Below, one piece after another: positions 37,230-50,857 of a DNA stretch of 64,000 bases. Origin of the DNA: Eledone cirrhosa (Eukaryota); contig OZ024742.1 of the NCBI GenBank assembly GCA_964016885.1, forward strand, positions 1,054,001 through 1,118,000, in the 5' to 3' direction. Numbering within the stretch: position 1 is the first letter of the stretch; each line of letters starts with the position of its first letter. Both the position numbers and the translations under genes were made by a program. The notes under the pieces were generated by a model. That model worked only from the letters and a program-made list of their open reading frames with translations. It made no database searches and had not been told where the DNA came from.

Positions 37230-38839
37230 CATCATCATCATCGTCATCATCATCATCGTTTAACGTCCGTGTTCCATGCTTGCATGGGTTTGGACGGGAG
37301 TTTTCCCACTTGAGGCAAGAGTGGTCGTCTTGCTCGCATAGGACTGTCTGGCGGGTTTTCTACAGTTGGATGCCCTTCCTAACACCAACCACATTTACAG
37401 TGTGGAACTGGGACGTTTTTACCGTGTTGCCTACACGGTCACATTACAGCGTGGACTGTGTGTTTTTTTTTCGTGACACCTACACGATCTCATTTGTTTC
37501 AGCCTGGATTTTGTGGCACCAACATAACTTTACATTGAAAGGGGCGGTGTGGATAGGGTGGGGGTGGTGGGACGGGGGTGTATTTTGTTAGAGATGCCTA
37601 CTGACTGTAGTAGGTTTTACTTTGTATTTAGGTAACGCGGGTCTTCTCTGTTACTGAGTACCGCCAAAGGTCTCGGTCCAGTGACATTGTCTTGGAGAGG
37701 TGTAAGTGTGTGAGGTCGGAATTTATCAGCTCGTCCCAGGTTTTTCTGGGTCTGCCTACTCCGTGGCTACCATCTATCTTTATTGCCCTGCACTTTGTTA
37801 TACAGCTGTCGTCTTTCATGCGCATCACGTGACCATACCAACGTAGCCTTCTCTCGAGTAAACAACATCTGATCCCTCTTATTTCTAATTTTTTCCTTAG
37901 TTCGTTTATGCTTTGCCGTTCGCGTATATTACTATTACACATCCAGCGGAGCATGCAAGCTTCGTTCCTCTCTAGTCTGCGTATATCCTCTGCACACAAT
38001 GCCCAGGTCTCACTGCCATGCAACATTGCTGTTCGTATGCAGGCATCATACAACCTACCTTTCACTTTTAGGGAGAACCCTTTAGCGGCTAATAGTGGTA
38101 TAAGCTCTCTGAACTTTTTCCATCCAGTTCTGACTCTAGCTACTGTACTTTCGGAGCACCCTCCCCCACTGCTGATTTTGTCACCCATGTAACGGAAGCT
38201 GTCCACTATTTCTATAGAACCCTCTGCGCAGTTGAAAGAGCTAGTATTTTGTGGGCACTTGCTGCTACTTATTGCACCAGAGCACCGGCCACATGTAAAA
38301 TCTGTGTTCTTAGTTAGCCTACCTGTGATCCCACTACATCTTTTATGCACCCATACTTTGCATTTGGGACATAAAATGGAGTTTCTACCTACGCCTTTCC
38401 TACACACTGAGCATGGCCATTTCCCGGAAGGGACCGGCGCCTTATTTTCTTTCCTACAAACTAGAACTTTAGTCTTAGCCATGTTAATTTTAAGGCCTTT
38501 TGATTCTAGGCCGTGCTTCCATGTTTGGAATTTCTTCTCTAGCTCGGCCATTGATTCAGCTATGAGCGTTAGGTCATCTGCGTATAGGAGTTCCCATGGG
38601 CAGCCGATCTTGAACTCCTCTGTTATAGCCTGAAGAGCAATAATGAATAGTAGGGGGCTAAGAACAGAGCCCTGATGGACACCAACTTTTACGCTAAACT
38701 CTTCACTATATTCGTGAAGAGTTTAGCGTAAAAGTTGGTGTCCATCAGGGCTCTGTTCTTAGCCCCCTACTATTCATTATTGCTCTTCAGGCTATAACAG
38801 AGGAGTTCAAGACCGGCTGCCCATGGGAACTCCTATACG
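37230..38839 (-). mobile_element. RTE subfamily A variant with 126-bp fold-back 5' end
   Basis: RT C-half at 37628-38713. 38581-38706 is duplicated in inverted form at 38714-38839. Confidence 0.95.
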
Positions 38840-38959
38840 TACACAGATACACATAGACACACAAACACATATATATATATATACACACACATACACACTC
38901 ACACACAGGCTTGTGTGATTTAACCTGCTAGAAATAGATGTTAAATTTCCCTCTAAAAG

Positions 38960-39320
38960 GCTAAAGTCTGTCTCAAGCTCAGGTGCTCATCAGGCCAGAA
39001 TTTATCCTGGTTTCTGTGCCACTAAGGAACTGAGAGTATAAGACTTTTCCCTGGACAGGACACTAGTTCATCACAGGGTTATGTAGAGTGTATATATATA
39101 TAATGTTAAATAAAACTCTGTCTTGAGCCCAAATGATGCTATTCTATTTCAGGGTTAAACCCACAGCTATTGCTGGTACTCATTTTCAACTGAGTATACT
39201 GGAACAACCCGAAATGAAGTGTTTTGCCCAAGAACACAACACAAAACCCAGTCTAGGGCTCAAACCCTCGACATTATGATCAAAGTCCAACACCCTTACC
39301 ACTAGGTCACACACCTCCAC
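38960..39320 (-). mobile_element. Old tRNA-SINE (Meta/V-type body), interrupted
   Basis: The minus strand shows a tRNA-like head, cttgggcaaaacactt, accctgtgatgaactagtgtcctgtccaggg and gaaaccaggataa...ggcctgatgagc. A short insert is flanked by duplicated CAGGGTTA. Confidence 0.55.
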
Positions 39321-39926
39321 AAATCTCCCTCACTCTCTTGAGATATAAAGGAAAACTTATTACTATTAACTCTGAAAACAATCTATGACTTGAGGGGGGG
39401 GGGGGGTATTTAGTAGCAAAACAACCATTCTGCTACTAAAACTAATATTTGGAACATAATTAAAAGATCTTAAACATTATGGAGGAAGGTTTTCATTTCA
39501 AATATGAACATTATAAGACATGAGTTGGTCTTTATATTATTGGTAAGACAACATAGCAAGTTAGTAGGGTAGGAAGGGAGGGTGGCTGGGAATTAAGGAG
39601 GTTCATAAAATAACAAACCCCCTTTTCATTCCTGTAGCCCTAAAAATCAATATTTAGATTAGCCAAATTTCATGCATTATTGACCTATTTTACTGTGTGG
39701 CTTAGTGGTTAGGGTATTGGGCTTGTGGTTTTCGATTTCTAGAGCATGTAGTGTGTTGTATCCTTCAGTATGACACTTTTCATTGCTCCAATTGACCTGT
39801 GACACGGTGCCAGGTTAAGACATTGGTGGACATCAGTGGACAGGTGAAGCTTGCAGACATGGGGGGAGCTGCTGGTCTTACACACAATTCCCTGTCCAGG
39901 CTTGCACCTTAGAGAGGAAATGTTTA

Positions 39927-40201
39927 TGGTGGTGGTGGTGGTGATGATGGTGGTGGTGATGGTGGTGATGATGATGGTGATGGTAGTGATGATGGTGATG
40001 GTGATGATGGTTGATGGTGGTGGTGATAATGATGATAGTGATGGTGATGATGATGGTGATGGTGGTGATAGTGGTGGTGATGATGGTAGTGGTGGTGATG
40101 ATGGTGATGGTGATGGTGGTGGTGATGGTGGTGGTGATAATGATGATAGTGATGGTGATGATGATGGTGATGGTAGTGGTGGTGATGATGGTGGTGATGA
40201 T
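39927..40201. repeat. (GGT/GAT)n low complexity
   Basis: Directly visible. Confidence 0.9.
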
Positions 40202-40621
40202 AAAGTGGAGCAACATGAAATGAAGTACTTTCCTCCAGGATAGATGACACCACCTTATTTGGAATTGAAAGTACAGATCACCAACACCCTAACAATGAAG
40301 CCAGATTTCTTTATTTTATAAACATTGTAAGACACGAGGATTAACATACTAGAAGGTAATCTGTCAGCAGAGTTGGTTATTTAGGCTGCTGAGAAAATAA
40401 TAAAACCCCTTCACACAGATATCACTGAAAAAAATATTTACACTAGCCTAGTTACATGTTTTAATTACCTATTTCCTACTGGTGGTATCTGACTATATCA
40501 ATAAATTCCATATAGAGCCAGGCCCTGCTGGGGCAACTGATCAAACCACTACAATTACTGATCTACATATCATGAGAGCAGAGGTCAAACTATGCCCTAA
40601 ATATTGTGTCATATCATGAGA

Positions 40622-40915
40622 GGTGGTGGTGGTGGTGGTGGTGCTAGTGGTGGTGGTGGTGGTAGTGGTGGTGGTAGTGGTGGTGGTGGTGGTGTTGAAG
40701 ATGGTAGTGGTGGTGATGGTGGTGTTGAAGGTGGTAGAGGTGGTGAAGTTGGTAGTGGTGGTGGTGTTGAAGGTGGTATTGGTGGTATGGTGGTGGTGTC
40801 CAGTGGTTGGGTGGTGGTGGGGTGAGGCAGTGGTTGGGTGGTGGTGGAGCATGTGTATGGGGTGGTGGTTGGGCGAGGCAGGTGGGGTGGTGGTGGATTA
40901 TGAGGTGGGGGGAGG
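40622..40915. repeat. (GGT)n low complexity
   Basis: Directly visible. Confidence 0.9.
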
Positions 40916-41044
40916 TACAAACCATTAACGCACAATAGAAAGAGCAATATTAGTGTTATGGGGTGAAGGAGGGAAACAAGTGATCCTTTCTAATTTATAC
41001 ACTAACATAATATTGCTACACACATACTCTCTCGTTACCGACAT

Positions 41045-43912
41045 GCAAAGCCTAAAGTAGACGGATTAGCAGTTTAGTTAAACAGCACTTGACAGGGGCC
41101 ATTGTCAACAACAGATGGTGGTACTCTCCCAAGAGGGCAGTTAGATTAGACTTGTTAGTTTTTAGTAAAGAATTAGCATTAAATAGAAATAGGACCGAGA
41201 AAGAAGTGATAGATAAAGTAGAAGAGGCAATTAGAAGTGGCAACGTAGCCAGCGTGCTAGCAACGAGAACGGCCTTGGACCAGTTCTTCGACGCAAGGCA
41301 CGAGGGCTGCGTTGTCAGAAGCAAAATACGTGCTCTGGGCAACGAGGGAGCCAAAGCTGTTAGCTGGGCCCGGATGACGGAGGCAAAAAGTGGCAACAAG
41401 TCCACGATTCGGTCTTTGAAGGACCAAGACGGACGCGTGATACGTGAGCCAAAGCAGATGTGCGCGGCCTTTCAGCAGCACTTTGCTCAGCTGTTAGGGC
41501 AGGGCGGCGCGCCGGGAGGGGCTATGCATTTCGGTCCATACCTCGACGGCCTACCACGACTCTCGGACAGCGAGGCGAAGTTCTGCGAAAAGCCGATTTC
41601 AGCCGCTGAGATAGGGGACGCGCTGAGCCAATGCGGCAAACGCAAATCTCCAGGTCTCGACGGTCTACCCTACAAATTTTACGTAGCAATGCCGGACTTG
41701 TTCTCCGGTCTCCTGGAAGCGGTCTACTGCAACTGGCAGCAGAACGGGAGAATTCCCAGTTCTGTGACCAGGGGTGTAGTCACACTAGTAAGGAAGGACA
41801 AGAATAAAGGGGATGACATAGGAAACTTCCGGCCCATAACTCTGCTAAACACAGAGTTACAGATTTTGGCCAAGGTGTTGGCAAAAAGGCTGGCGCTTGT
41901 CAAAAACCTGGTGAGAGAAGCGCAGACATGCGCAATCCCGACCAGGTCCATACACGACAACCTCCACCCCATGCAATACATCATGGAGAGGGTAGGGTGT
42001 AAACCCGGCTTCGGTGGGGCCCTGATCAACTTGGATCCCTCTAAGGCTTTTGATAGGGTTGACCATCATTACCTGGATGCAGTGCTCGAGGCAGCAGGCT
42101 TCTGACCCGTATTCTGGGGCTGGATTGCTGCAATGCACAACAGCAACATCTGCTCAAGGGTCAAGGTGAACGGCTACCTCTCAGAGCCGTTCCATATCAC
42201 CCGATCCATTCCACAGGGATGCCCTCTCTCTTCCCTTCTGTACGTACTGACTCTCGAGCCACTACTGCGGAAGTTGGAGCTATTGCAGGGCATCCCTTTG
42301 GAACCGGGATTGCGGAAAGCGGCATCGGCCTACGCCGACGACGTGACAGTAATGGTGTCGAGCACCTCGCAAATCGAGGAAGTTGGCACCTTACTGAAGG
42401 AATACAAAGGTTCACAGGAGCGAAGCTGAACCGGGACAAGTCCATCGGTTTGCAACTCGGATCGTGGAGAGGCAAACCAATGCCTTCTGATGGCGTCGTC
42501 GGATGCTGGACGGAAGGGCCGGTAAAGATGCTCGGGGTCTGGTTTGGTCCGGACCTCCAGGTGGAGAAGAACTGGAACGAGGTGACGGCCAAGGTGTTTC
42601 ACTCACCCAGAAGTGGGCCGAGTGCAAACTATCCTTGAAAGGTCGAGCGGAGGTGGCGAACACTTTTATAGCGTCCGTCATCTACTACCGCTTGACCGTC
42701 GTACCTTGTCCAGCCAAAACGCTCACCAAAATGGAGCGCGCGCTCTTCCAATTCCTTTGGAAGAAGCGGGCTCCTTTGGTGAGAAGATCCATCTGCTGCC
42801 AACACCCTTCAAACGGAGGGCTGGGGATGCCGTGGCTGACGATGCGCAAACACATGCTCAGGCTGCGGCACCTCCACATATTCCTCACCGGACAACCAGT
42901 GTGGGCCCCGTTTGTGAGGCGAGCATTCCCACGACTCGTCTCGCTGACCGAGCTGCAGTCCTGGGTCAAGCAAGGACCGAGGAAAATGGGCGACTGGCAC
43001 ATCGAATGTGCTCAGGCGCTCACAGCCCTCTGGCAGGCGGACCCGGCAATCAGTGGAGACTCCACTTCGTCATTCTGTAGAGGGTTGGTCAGCAAGTGCG
43101 ACGAGGTGCTCAGAGAAACTCTGGGCGTAGAGGAGGACGAACTGGCCAGTCTGTTCGGTAGAACCTTCCGCCCGGGACCGATGGACAACTTCCAAAAGTC
43201 CCTGACCTGGCAGTACTACTAAGGAGCTCTACCAGTTCGAGACAAGCTCTACAGACATGGGCGCCCGGGCAGGGACCCTGCAAAAAAGATCTGTCCAAGG
43301 TGCGTGCGAGACGAAGAAACCGTCGCACACGCATTCATACACTGCCCGGGCGTTACCAACCTGTGAGGCTATGTAGAACGACTATTGTCGCGGGTGGGAC
43401 CAATCCGGTTGACCACCAAGTCCATTGTCATGATCAAACCGCCACCCTCCTTCAAAAACGAAGGAGAGGCGGATTTCCTTTGTGTGATAGCTATGGCGAA
43501 AGAGGTTGTATGGTGGACAAGGTTGAAAGGACTGAGGTCAGACACCTTTCTCTCCGGCCAACAACTGATTCTTTTTTTCAAATACCACTTTGGAAGAAGA
43601 ATCAGGATGGAGAGAGAGGGGCTGTACCCCAGCAAGTATTATGAAAGGTGGGTGAAAGTGGCGAGAATGGCCCGAGTAAATGGGCCAGAGGAGGAGAAGA
43701 AAGGGGTACAAACTCTTCGTACTCCTGGAGATGAGGGTTGCACATTTTTTTCGGGGTATGTGTTACCCATATGTAATGTCTCCCCCTATTGGGGAAAATC
43801 GACTAATTTTTAAATTGCATTTGTGATAATATTTTACATGTTTTTATTGTATGTAAACTTCCCCCTTTGTATTTGTCCCCTTCTTCTGTGCCCCTGTGGC
43901 TAATAAAGAAAC
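41045..43912 (+). mobile_element. L1/Tx1-clade LINE, degenerate copy
   Basis: KSPGLDGLP, NFRPITLLN, KAFDRV, QGCPLS, YADD and GGLGMP, with several stops and frameshifts. It ends in AATAAAGAAAC then ATCT repeats. Confidence 0.9.
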
Positions 43913-43929
43913 ATATCTATCTATCAAAC

Positions 43930-44205
43930 ACAGCTAGGAAACTAAATGAGAAGAGACAGACTGTTGTGACTATAAGAAAGTGAAAGGCTACAATAGTTTG
44001 TCCATGTCTTCAGGGCCCAGAACCTCTCTAACCACAACCTGGAGGGTCACATCAATGGGAGAAGATCCAGATGTTGGAGTGATGACATCCAAGATTGGAC
44101 AGGAAGAACACTGACAGAGTACACCTCAGTTATGGTGAGTGAGAGAAGCCAGTGGAGAGCATTGGTGCAGTTGTCCTTGGTCCTCAAACCTCTATTGAGG
44201 ATGGC
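43930..44205 (+). mobile_element. Old RTE (BovB-like) 3' end
   Basis: It translates to LEGHINGRRSR...WSDDIQDWTG...ERSQWRALV. Confidence 0.55.
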
Positions 44206-44312
44206 AAATTAATATATATATATAGCAATAATAAATGTGAAGACTAAAATCCAAAGAAGGCTCGATAAGGATAAATATATATCAAATATATAAGAACCCT
44301 AGAGCAAATATT

Positions 44313-44429
44313 TATTAAAATAACAAATTAAAGTTTAAGCAAAGAATCGTTGCTTTCACCCTTAACGGGAAGATCTCGTTAAGGGTGAAAGCAGCGATTC
44401 TTTGCTTAAACTTTAATCTGTTATTTTAA

Positions 44430-44431
<2 letters not shown>
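44313..44431. repeat. ~57-bp-arm fold-back palindrome
   Basis: TATTAAAATAACA...CCCTTAACG / CGTTAAGGG...TGTTATTTTAATA with few mismatches. Confidence 0.85.
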
Positions 44432-44462
<31 letters not shown>

Positions 44463-44464
<2 letters not shown>

Positions 44465-47400
44465 AGGTTGGTAGCCGCCTACGGCCCTTTCGGGTCAATG
44501 CGGCCGGACTTCTTCCATCGTCTGGAGACTTTTCTAGGGACGTCCCGCTCCTTGCTATTAGTGGGGGACTGGAATGGTATCCTAGATGCACGCTGGGACT
44601 ACGTAGGGGCCTGCCCCGATAGAGAGGGGTGTAATAGCCTCAAAGGGTTAATCGGTCGATTTGACCTGGCCGATAGATATCGACTAGATTTTCCGACTGC
44701 GCCAACCTGGACTTGGGCAAATCGTAGCGGATCATCTAGGTCGTACCTAGATAGGTTCTTAGTTAGAATTAAGGATAAGGACTTTTTAAGTTGTCCAAAA
44801 ATGCGCATGGTTGGCTATTCAGACCACAAATTAGTGACCTGCATGGTCAACCTTGACAGAACTCATAGACAGGGCCCCGGTTACTGGAAGCTCAACTTGT
44901 CCTTGCCGGCAAGTAGAGCCTACAGGAATCGGATTAGTACGTTAGTTAAGGAACGGTTGACTGGAGCGATCGTCAACAGCAGGTGGTGGGTATCTCTAAA
45001 GAGAGAGATTAGAGTAGTCTCGATTGAATTTAGTAAGGTTCTAGCTGCGGATAGGAATAGGAAGGAAAGGGAGCTAATAGATAGAGTAGAAGAGGCAATT
45101 AGAAGCGGCGACGTGGCCAGAGTGCTAGCGTCGAGAACAGCTTTGAGCCAGTTTTTCGACGCGAAGCACGAAGGCTGCGTTGTCCGAAGTAAAATACGTG
45201 CTCTAGGGAACGAGGGGACCAAAGCTGTTAGCTGGGCCCGCGTGACAGAGGCCAACAGTGGAACTAAATCCACCATCCGGTCTTTGCGAGACCTGGATGG
45301 ACGGGCGAATGTTGAGCCTAAGCAGATGTGTGAGGCCTTTGAAAGGCACTTTGCCCGACTGTTCGGGAGGGGCGGGGAGCCGGTTGGGAACGTGGACTTC
45401 GGTCCATACCTCGACGGCCTGCCGCGCCTCTCGGACAGGGAGGCGAAGTCCTGCGAGGAGCCGATTTCGGCCGCTGAGATAGAGGACGTGCTGAGCCAAT
45501 GCGGCAAACGCAAATCCCCGGGTGTCGATGGTCTTCCTTACGAATTATATCTAGCTATGCCGGACTTGTTCCCCGATCTCCTCGAGGCGGTCTACTGCAA
45601 CTGGCAACAGAACGGGAGAATTCCCTGTACTGTGACCAAGGGCGTAGTCACGCTAGTGAGGAAGGACGAGAACAAGGGGGACGAAATAAGTAACTTCAGG
45701 CCCATAACACTGCTAAATACAGAGTTACAGATTTTGGCCAAGGTGCTAGCAAAGAGGTTGGCGCTTGTCGTGGGCAACCTGGTGGGAGATGCGCAGACAT
45801 GCGCTATCCCGTCCAGGTCCATCCATGACAACCTCCACCTCATGCGATACATCATAGAGAGGGTTGGGAACGAACCCGGCTTTGGTGGGGCTCTGATCAA
45901 CTTGGATCAATCTAAGGCGTTCGATAGGGTCGACCATGGTTACCTGGATGCGGTGCTAGCGGCGGCAGGCTTCGGACCCGTTTTCAGGGGCTGGATCACT
46001 GCTATGCACAGCAGCCGCATCTGCTCTGGGGTCAAGGTGAACGGCTACCTCTCGGAGCCGTTCAAAATCGCGCGGTCCATCCGACAAGGGTGCCCTCTCT
46101 CCTCCCTTCTGTATGTGTTGACTCTCGAGCCACTACTGCGGAAGTTGGAGTTGTTTCAGGGCATCCCTTTGGAACCGGGATTGCGGAAAGCGGTGTCGGC
46201 CTACGCTGATGACGTGACAGTAATGGTGTCGACGGCCTCCGAAATCGAAGCGGTCGGCACCTTACTGGAGGAGTACGAAAAGTTCACAGGGGCTAAGCTG
46301 AACCGGGACAAGTCGATCGGTTTGCAACTCGGCACGTGGAGGGGCAGACCGATGCCCTCCGATAGCGTCGTCGGACGGAGGGCCCGGTGAAGTTGCTCGG
46401 GGTCTGGTTCGGACCGGACCTCCAGGTGGAGAAAAACTGGGCGGAGGTTACGAACAGGGTGTTTGCACTAACCCAGAAGTGGGCCAGTTGCAAACTATCC
46501 CTGAAAGGTCGGGCGGAGGTGGCGAACACCTACATAGCGTCCGTCATCTACTACCGCCTGACCGTAGTGCCCTGCCCAAGGGAAACCCTCACCAAGATGG
46601 AGCGCGCGCTCTTCCAATTCCTTTGGAAGAGGCGGGCTCCTATGGTGAGGAGATCCATCTGCTGTCAACACCCTTCGAAAGGAGGGCTGGGGATGCCGTG
46701 GCTAATGATGCGTAAACACGCATTAAGGCTACGGCACCTCTACGTATTCCTCACCGGACAACCGGTGTGGGCCTCGTTTGTGAGACGAACCTTTCCCAGA
46801 CTCGTCTCACTCACCGAGCTGCAATCCTGGGTCAAGCAAAGACCGAGAAAACTGGGCGCCTGGCACACTGAGTGTGCCCAGGCGCTCACCGCCTTCTGGC
46901 AGGCGGATCCGGTTATCAGTGGAGACTCCACCGCAACATTCTATAGAGGGCTGGTACGCAGCAGGTGCGACGACGCCCTCGGAGAAGCCCTAGACATGGA
47001 GGAGGACGAACTGGCCAGCCTGTTCGGTAGGACATTCAGCCCGGGACCTATGGACAACTTCCAGAAGTCCCTGGCCTGGCAGTGCTACCGAGGGGCTTTA
47101 CCCGTTCGAGAAAGGCTCTACAGACACGGGCGCCCGGGTAGGGACCCCGACAAAAAGATCTGTCCCAGATGCGTGTGCGACGAGGAAACCGTTGCACACG
47201 CATTGGTACACTGCTCGGGCGTAGCCGATCTGTGGGGCTATGTCGAACAACTGCTGTCAAGGGTGGGACCGATCCGGTTGACCACCGAGTCTATTGTAAT
47301 GATCAAGCCGCCTCCCCCCTTCAAAGATGAAGCAGAGGTGGTGTTTCTGTGCGTAATAGCCATGGTGAAAGAGGTTGTATGGTGGACGCGTCTGAAAGGA

Positions 47401-47840
47401 CTGAGGTCGGGCACCTTTCTCTCTGGTCAACAACTGGTCCGTTTCTTCCGATATCATTTCGGAAGAAGGATCAGGATGGAGAGAGAGGTGCTGCACCCCA
47501 GCCGTTTCTATGAAAGATGGGTGAAAGTGGCGAGAATGGCCCGTGTGAATGGGCCTTCACTCTACATCAGACTATAGGTGAGGAAGATGAAAGACCAAGG
47601 GAGCACCCCTTCTCTGTGCTCCTGAGGAGAATGGTTGCACACTTTTTTCGGGGGTGTGTGCGACCCCCCAAGGCGCCTCCTCTCTATTGAGGATTTTGTT
47701 AAAAATTTTATTTTTTGTTATATCTTATTTTATTTTTAGATTTTGTTATTGCCTCCTCCTTATTGAGGACGCCTTTTTGTGTAAACTCCCCCCTTTGTAC
47801 TTGTCCCACTTTTGATGCCCTAGTGGCAAATAAAAGAAAC
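44463..47840 (+). mobile_element. L1/Tx1-clade LINE, 5'-truncated, flanked by (ATCT)n
   Basis: ORF2 with EN, RT and CCHC, a poly(A) signal, and (ATCT)n at 44431-44462 and 47843-47882. Confidence 0.92.
44468..47577 (+). pseudogene. Tx1 ORF2 (APE endonuclease-RT-zinc knuckle), one frameshift at ~46380
   Basis: VGDWN, SYLDRF, SDH, GYWKLN, RQGCPLS, YADD and CPRC-x8-H-x4-C. A short deletion relative to copy 1 splits it into ORFs 44468-46390 and 46387-47577. Confidence 0.9.
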
Positions 47841-47841
47841 A

Positions 47842-47884
<43 letters not shown>

Positions 47885-47902
47885 ATATATATATATATAT
47901 AT

Positions 47903-48253
47903 GGAGGCACATGGCTTAATGGTTAGAGCATTGGGCTTGCAATCGAAAGGTTGTGAGTTCAATTCTCTGACCGGGTGATGTGTTGTTTCCTTGAGCAAGA
48001 CACTTTATTTCACATTGCTCCAGTTTACTCAGCTGTAGAAATGAGATGATAGGGACTGGGGTCCCTATCATTCCACTGCAAAGTGGTCGTGGAGGTGCCA
48101 CGCCAAAAAAGCACCCAGCACTCACTGTAAATGAGGTTGGTGTTAGGAAGGGCATCCAGCTGTAGAAATCAAGCCAGAATCAGTTCCCGTCCTACCCTTG
48201 CAAGCAGGGAAAAGCGGACGTAAAATGAAATGATGATGATGATGAATGATGAT
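47903..48253 (+). mobile_element. tRNA-derived SINE with RTE-type tail
   Basis: Same family as 28600-28940, with TA flanks. Confidence 0.9.
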
Positions 48254-49451
48254 ATATATATACATATATATATGTAGCAAAATCTGTCCACGCCTTGAAC
48301 CTTGGGTGACACCTAGAAGTCAAATTCTAGGTCACCATCCTTTTCAGCGTGGACAGGTTCATGCGTGGGCGATCCCTGGAGGTAGGAAACAGAAAGCGAC
48401 AGGTATATACAGCCTGTATTTTCCCACGTTTTACACAGAGAGATCGGCACCATACTCTATAGACAAGCTATGTAAAGATTCACCACCTACTACAGGCCGC
48501 TGAGGGCTACAGTCAACCACAGACCATTACTCTCTCTCTCTCTCTTGGTCTCAGACTACACCAGCCTCATGAACCAACAACAGAATAACATTGTCAACCT
48601 TCGCAACTCGTGGTAACTTGTTTATTGTTCTTTTTGACTGAAGTGAAGTAAACCTTTATATATATAAAGTAAATCAGCCATTCTTGTTATTTCATCTAAA
48701 CAACAAGTACTAATACCCTTCGTTACACATATACATATTCTCTATTACTCTACTTGTTCCAGTCGACAGGCTAGGGCCATGCTGGGGTATCACAATCATA
48801 TATATATAAGATGATGATGATTGTAACACTGTGTCGGCTGGAGACATTTGTTTGTGTCCTGTATAAGCAATATGTCCTGCAGCAAAATGCTTGTGGGAAG
48901 ATTAGTACCTTGTGGGGATGGTGGTAATGAAACTGATGACAGTGGTGATGATGAAGTAGAGTTAGATATAACAAGGTGATATGTAAGCTGTGAACACTTG
49001 TGACTGTCATCAACACTTCCAACATTTTAACCTGATAGTTATTGGGGAGTAGTGAGAGAGAGGAGTGTGTATGTGTGTGTATGTAAGTGTTGGTGTATGT
49101 GAGTATGTATGTGCATGAGAGTATGTGAGTTTGTGAGTATGTATGTGTGTTGTATGTATGTGTGTTGTATGTATGTGTGTGAGTATGTATGTGTGTATGA
49201 GAGTATATATGTGAATATGTATGCGTGTTGTGAGTTCATGTGTGTGTGTGTGTGTGTGTGTTAGCATGTGTGTGTATGTAAGAAACTTTACACCTTACAT
49301 TGTCATCTAGTTTCTATATTTAACCAAGATGAGGAACAAATAGTAGCGGGGGGGGGGGGCTATTTTGTATTTTGGGAGGATAAAACATGGACACATTCAT
49401 ATATATATATATATACTCACATAAATACATACACACACGTACACATATACA

Positions 49452-49796
49452 CATCATTTCATCATCATTTCATTTTACATCCGCTTTTTCCCTGCTTGCA
49501 AGGGTGGGACGGGAACTGATTGTGGCTTGATTTCTACAGCTGGATGCCCTTCCTAACACCAACCTCATTTACAGTGAGTGCTGGGTGCTTTTTTGCCGTG
49601 GCACCTGCACGACCACTTTGCAGTGGAATGATATGGACCCCAGTCCCTATCATCTCATTTCTACAGCTGAGTAAACTGGAGCAATGTGAAATAAAGTGTC
49701 TTGCTCAAGGAAACAACACATCACCCGGTCTGAGAATTGAACTCACAACCTTTCGATTGCAAGGCCAATGCTCTAACCACTAAGCCATGTGCCTCC
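49452..49796 (-). mobile_element. tRNA-derived SINE with RTE-type tail
   Basis: Same family. Confidence 0.9.
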
Positions 49797-50589
49797 ATAT
49801 ATGCACATATACACATATATGCACATATACAGAAACATATATACATATACACAAATTTATTAAATTACTCAACTAAGCATATACACACATATACACACAT
49901 ACCTACAGACACACATAGACACACAGACATTATGACACATACTTACACAAACACACACACACAGAGACACACACACACACAGATACACATACATATAGAG
50001 ACACACATACACACACAGAGACACAGACATACATTCACACACATAGAGACACAGAGACACACATAGAGACACAGAGACACACATAGAGACACACATATAG
50101 ACAGACAGACATACACACACATAGAGACACAGAGACACTAGCTGTTGCAGAACCGGTAAGACAAGAACTGAAACTAAAAATAAAATTAATTTAGAAATCA
50201 AATGTTTTTTTACAACTTTCCATGAGAGAGTCTAATATTGCTGCTGTCTAAATAGACATTTCTTACTCAGCAGAGGCAACAGAGAAAACTACTGTTGTGG
50301 TTGTTGTTAACTCCAGGTCAACTCAGAATTCCAGTCGTGATAATCCTGCCTTTCATGTGTGTCAGTGTGTGTGTCAGTGTGTGTGTCAGTGTGTGTGTCA
50401 GTGTGTGTGTCAGTGTGTGTGTGTGTGTGTGTGTGTCAGTGGGTGTGTAACCAGCTCTGTATCTCACATATACGAAATCTGTTGGAAAAGTGTGTTTTAT
50501 TTGTTTCCGTGTGGGATGTAATGACATTAGGGAGAAAAGGTAGAGAAGTGACTCCTATATTTCTGTACATTCCTATATGTTGGTGACCT

Positions 50590-50856
50590 TGTTGGATGTG
50601 TCACTGTCAACCAATGTGGCCGGTTCTGTTCTACGTATTCATCAAATTATCATTTCACTTGGTATTGCCAACAACGATCCTGAGTCTGTGACTATTGTAA
50701 TACCTGGAGGTGATGGGTGTCTAGGTATAACTTGGACACCACAGCTCAATGTCCCATCACAGCTGATCCAAGCTTTCTTGCTAAACAACAGCATATTGCT
50801 CATTGGCCAGGCTCGTCTCCAGACATGGCTTCTTCTCATTTCTGGTTCCTAAAACT
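50590..50856 (+). pseudogene. Mariner transposase relic
   Basis: FLAK...SSPDMASSHFWFLKL resembles the mariner YSPDLAP.DF.LF..LK motif. Confidence 0.55.
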
Positions 50857-50857
50857 T

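Noticed and set aside
47903-47975. tRNA genes
   Set aside because: These are SINE heads without a complete cloverleaf and continue into the SINE body.
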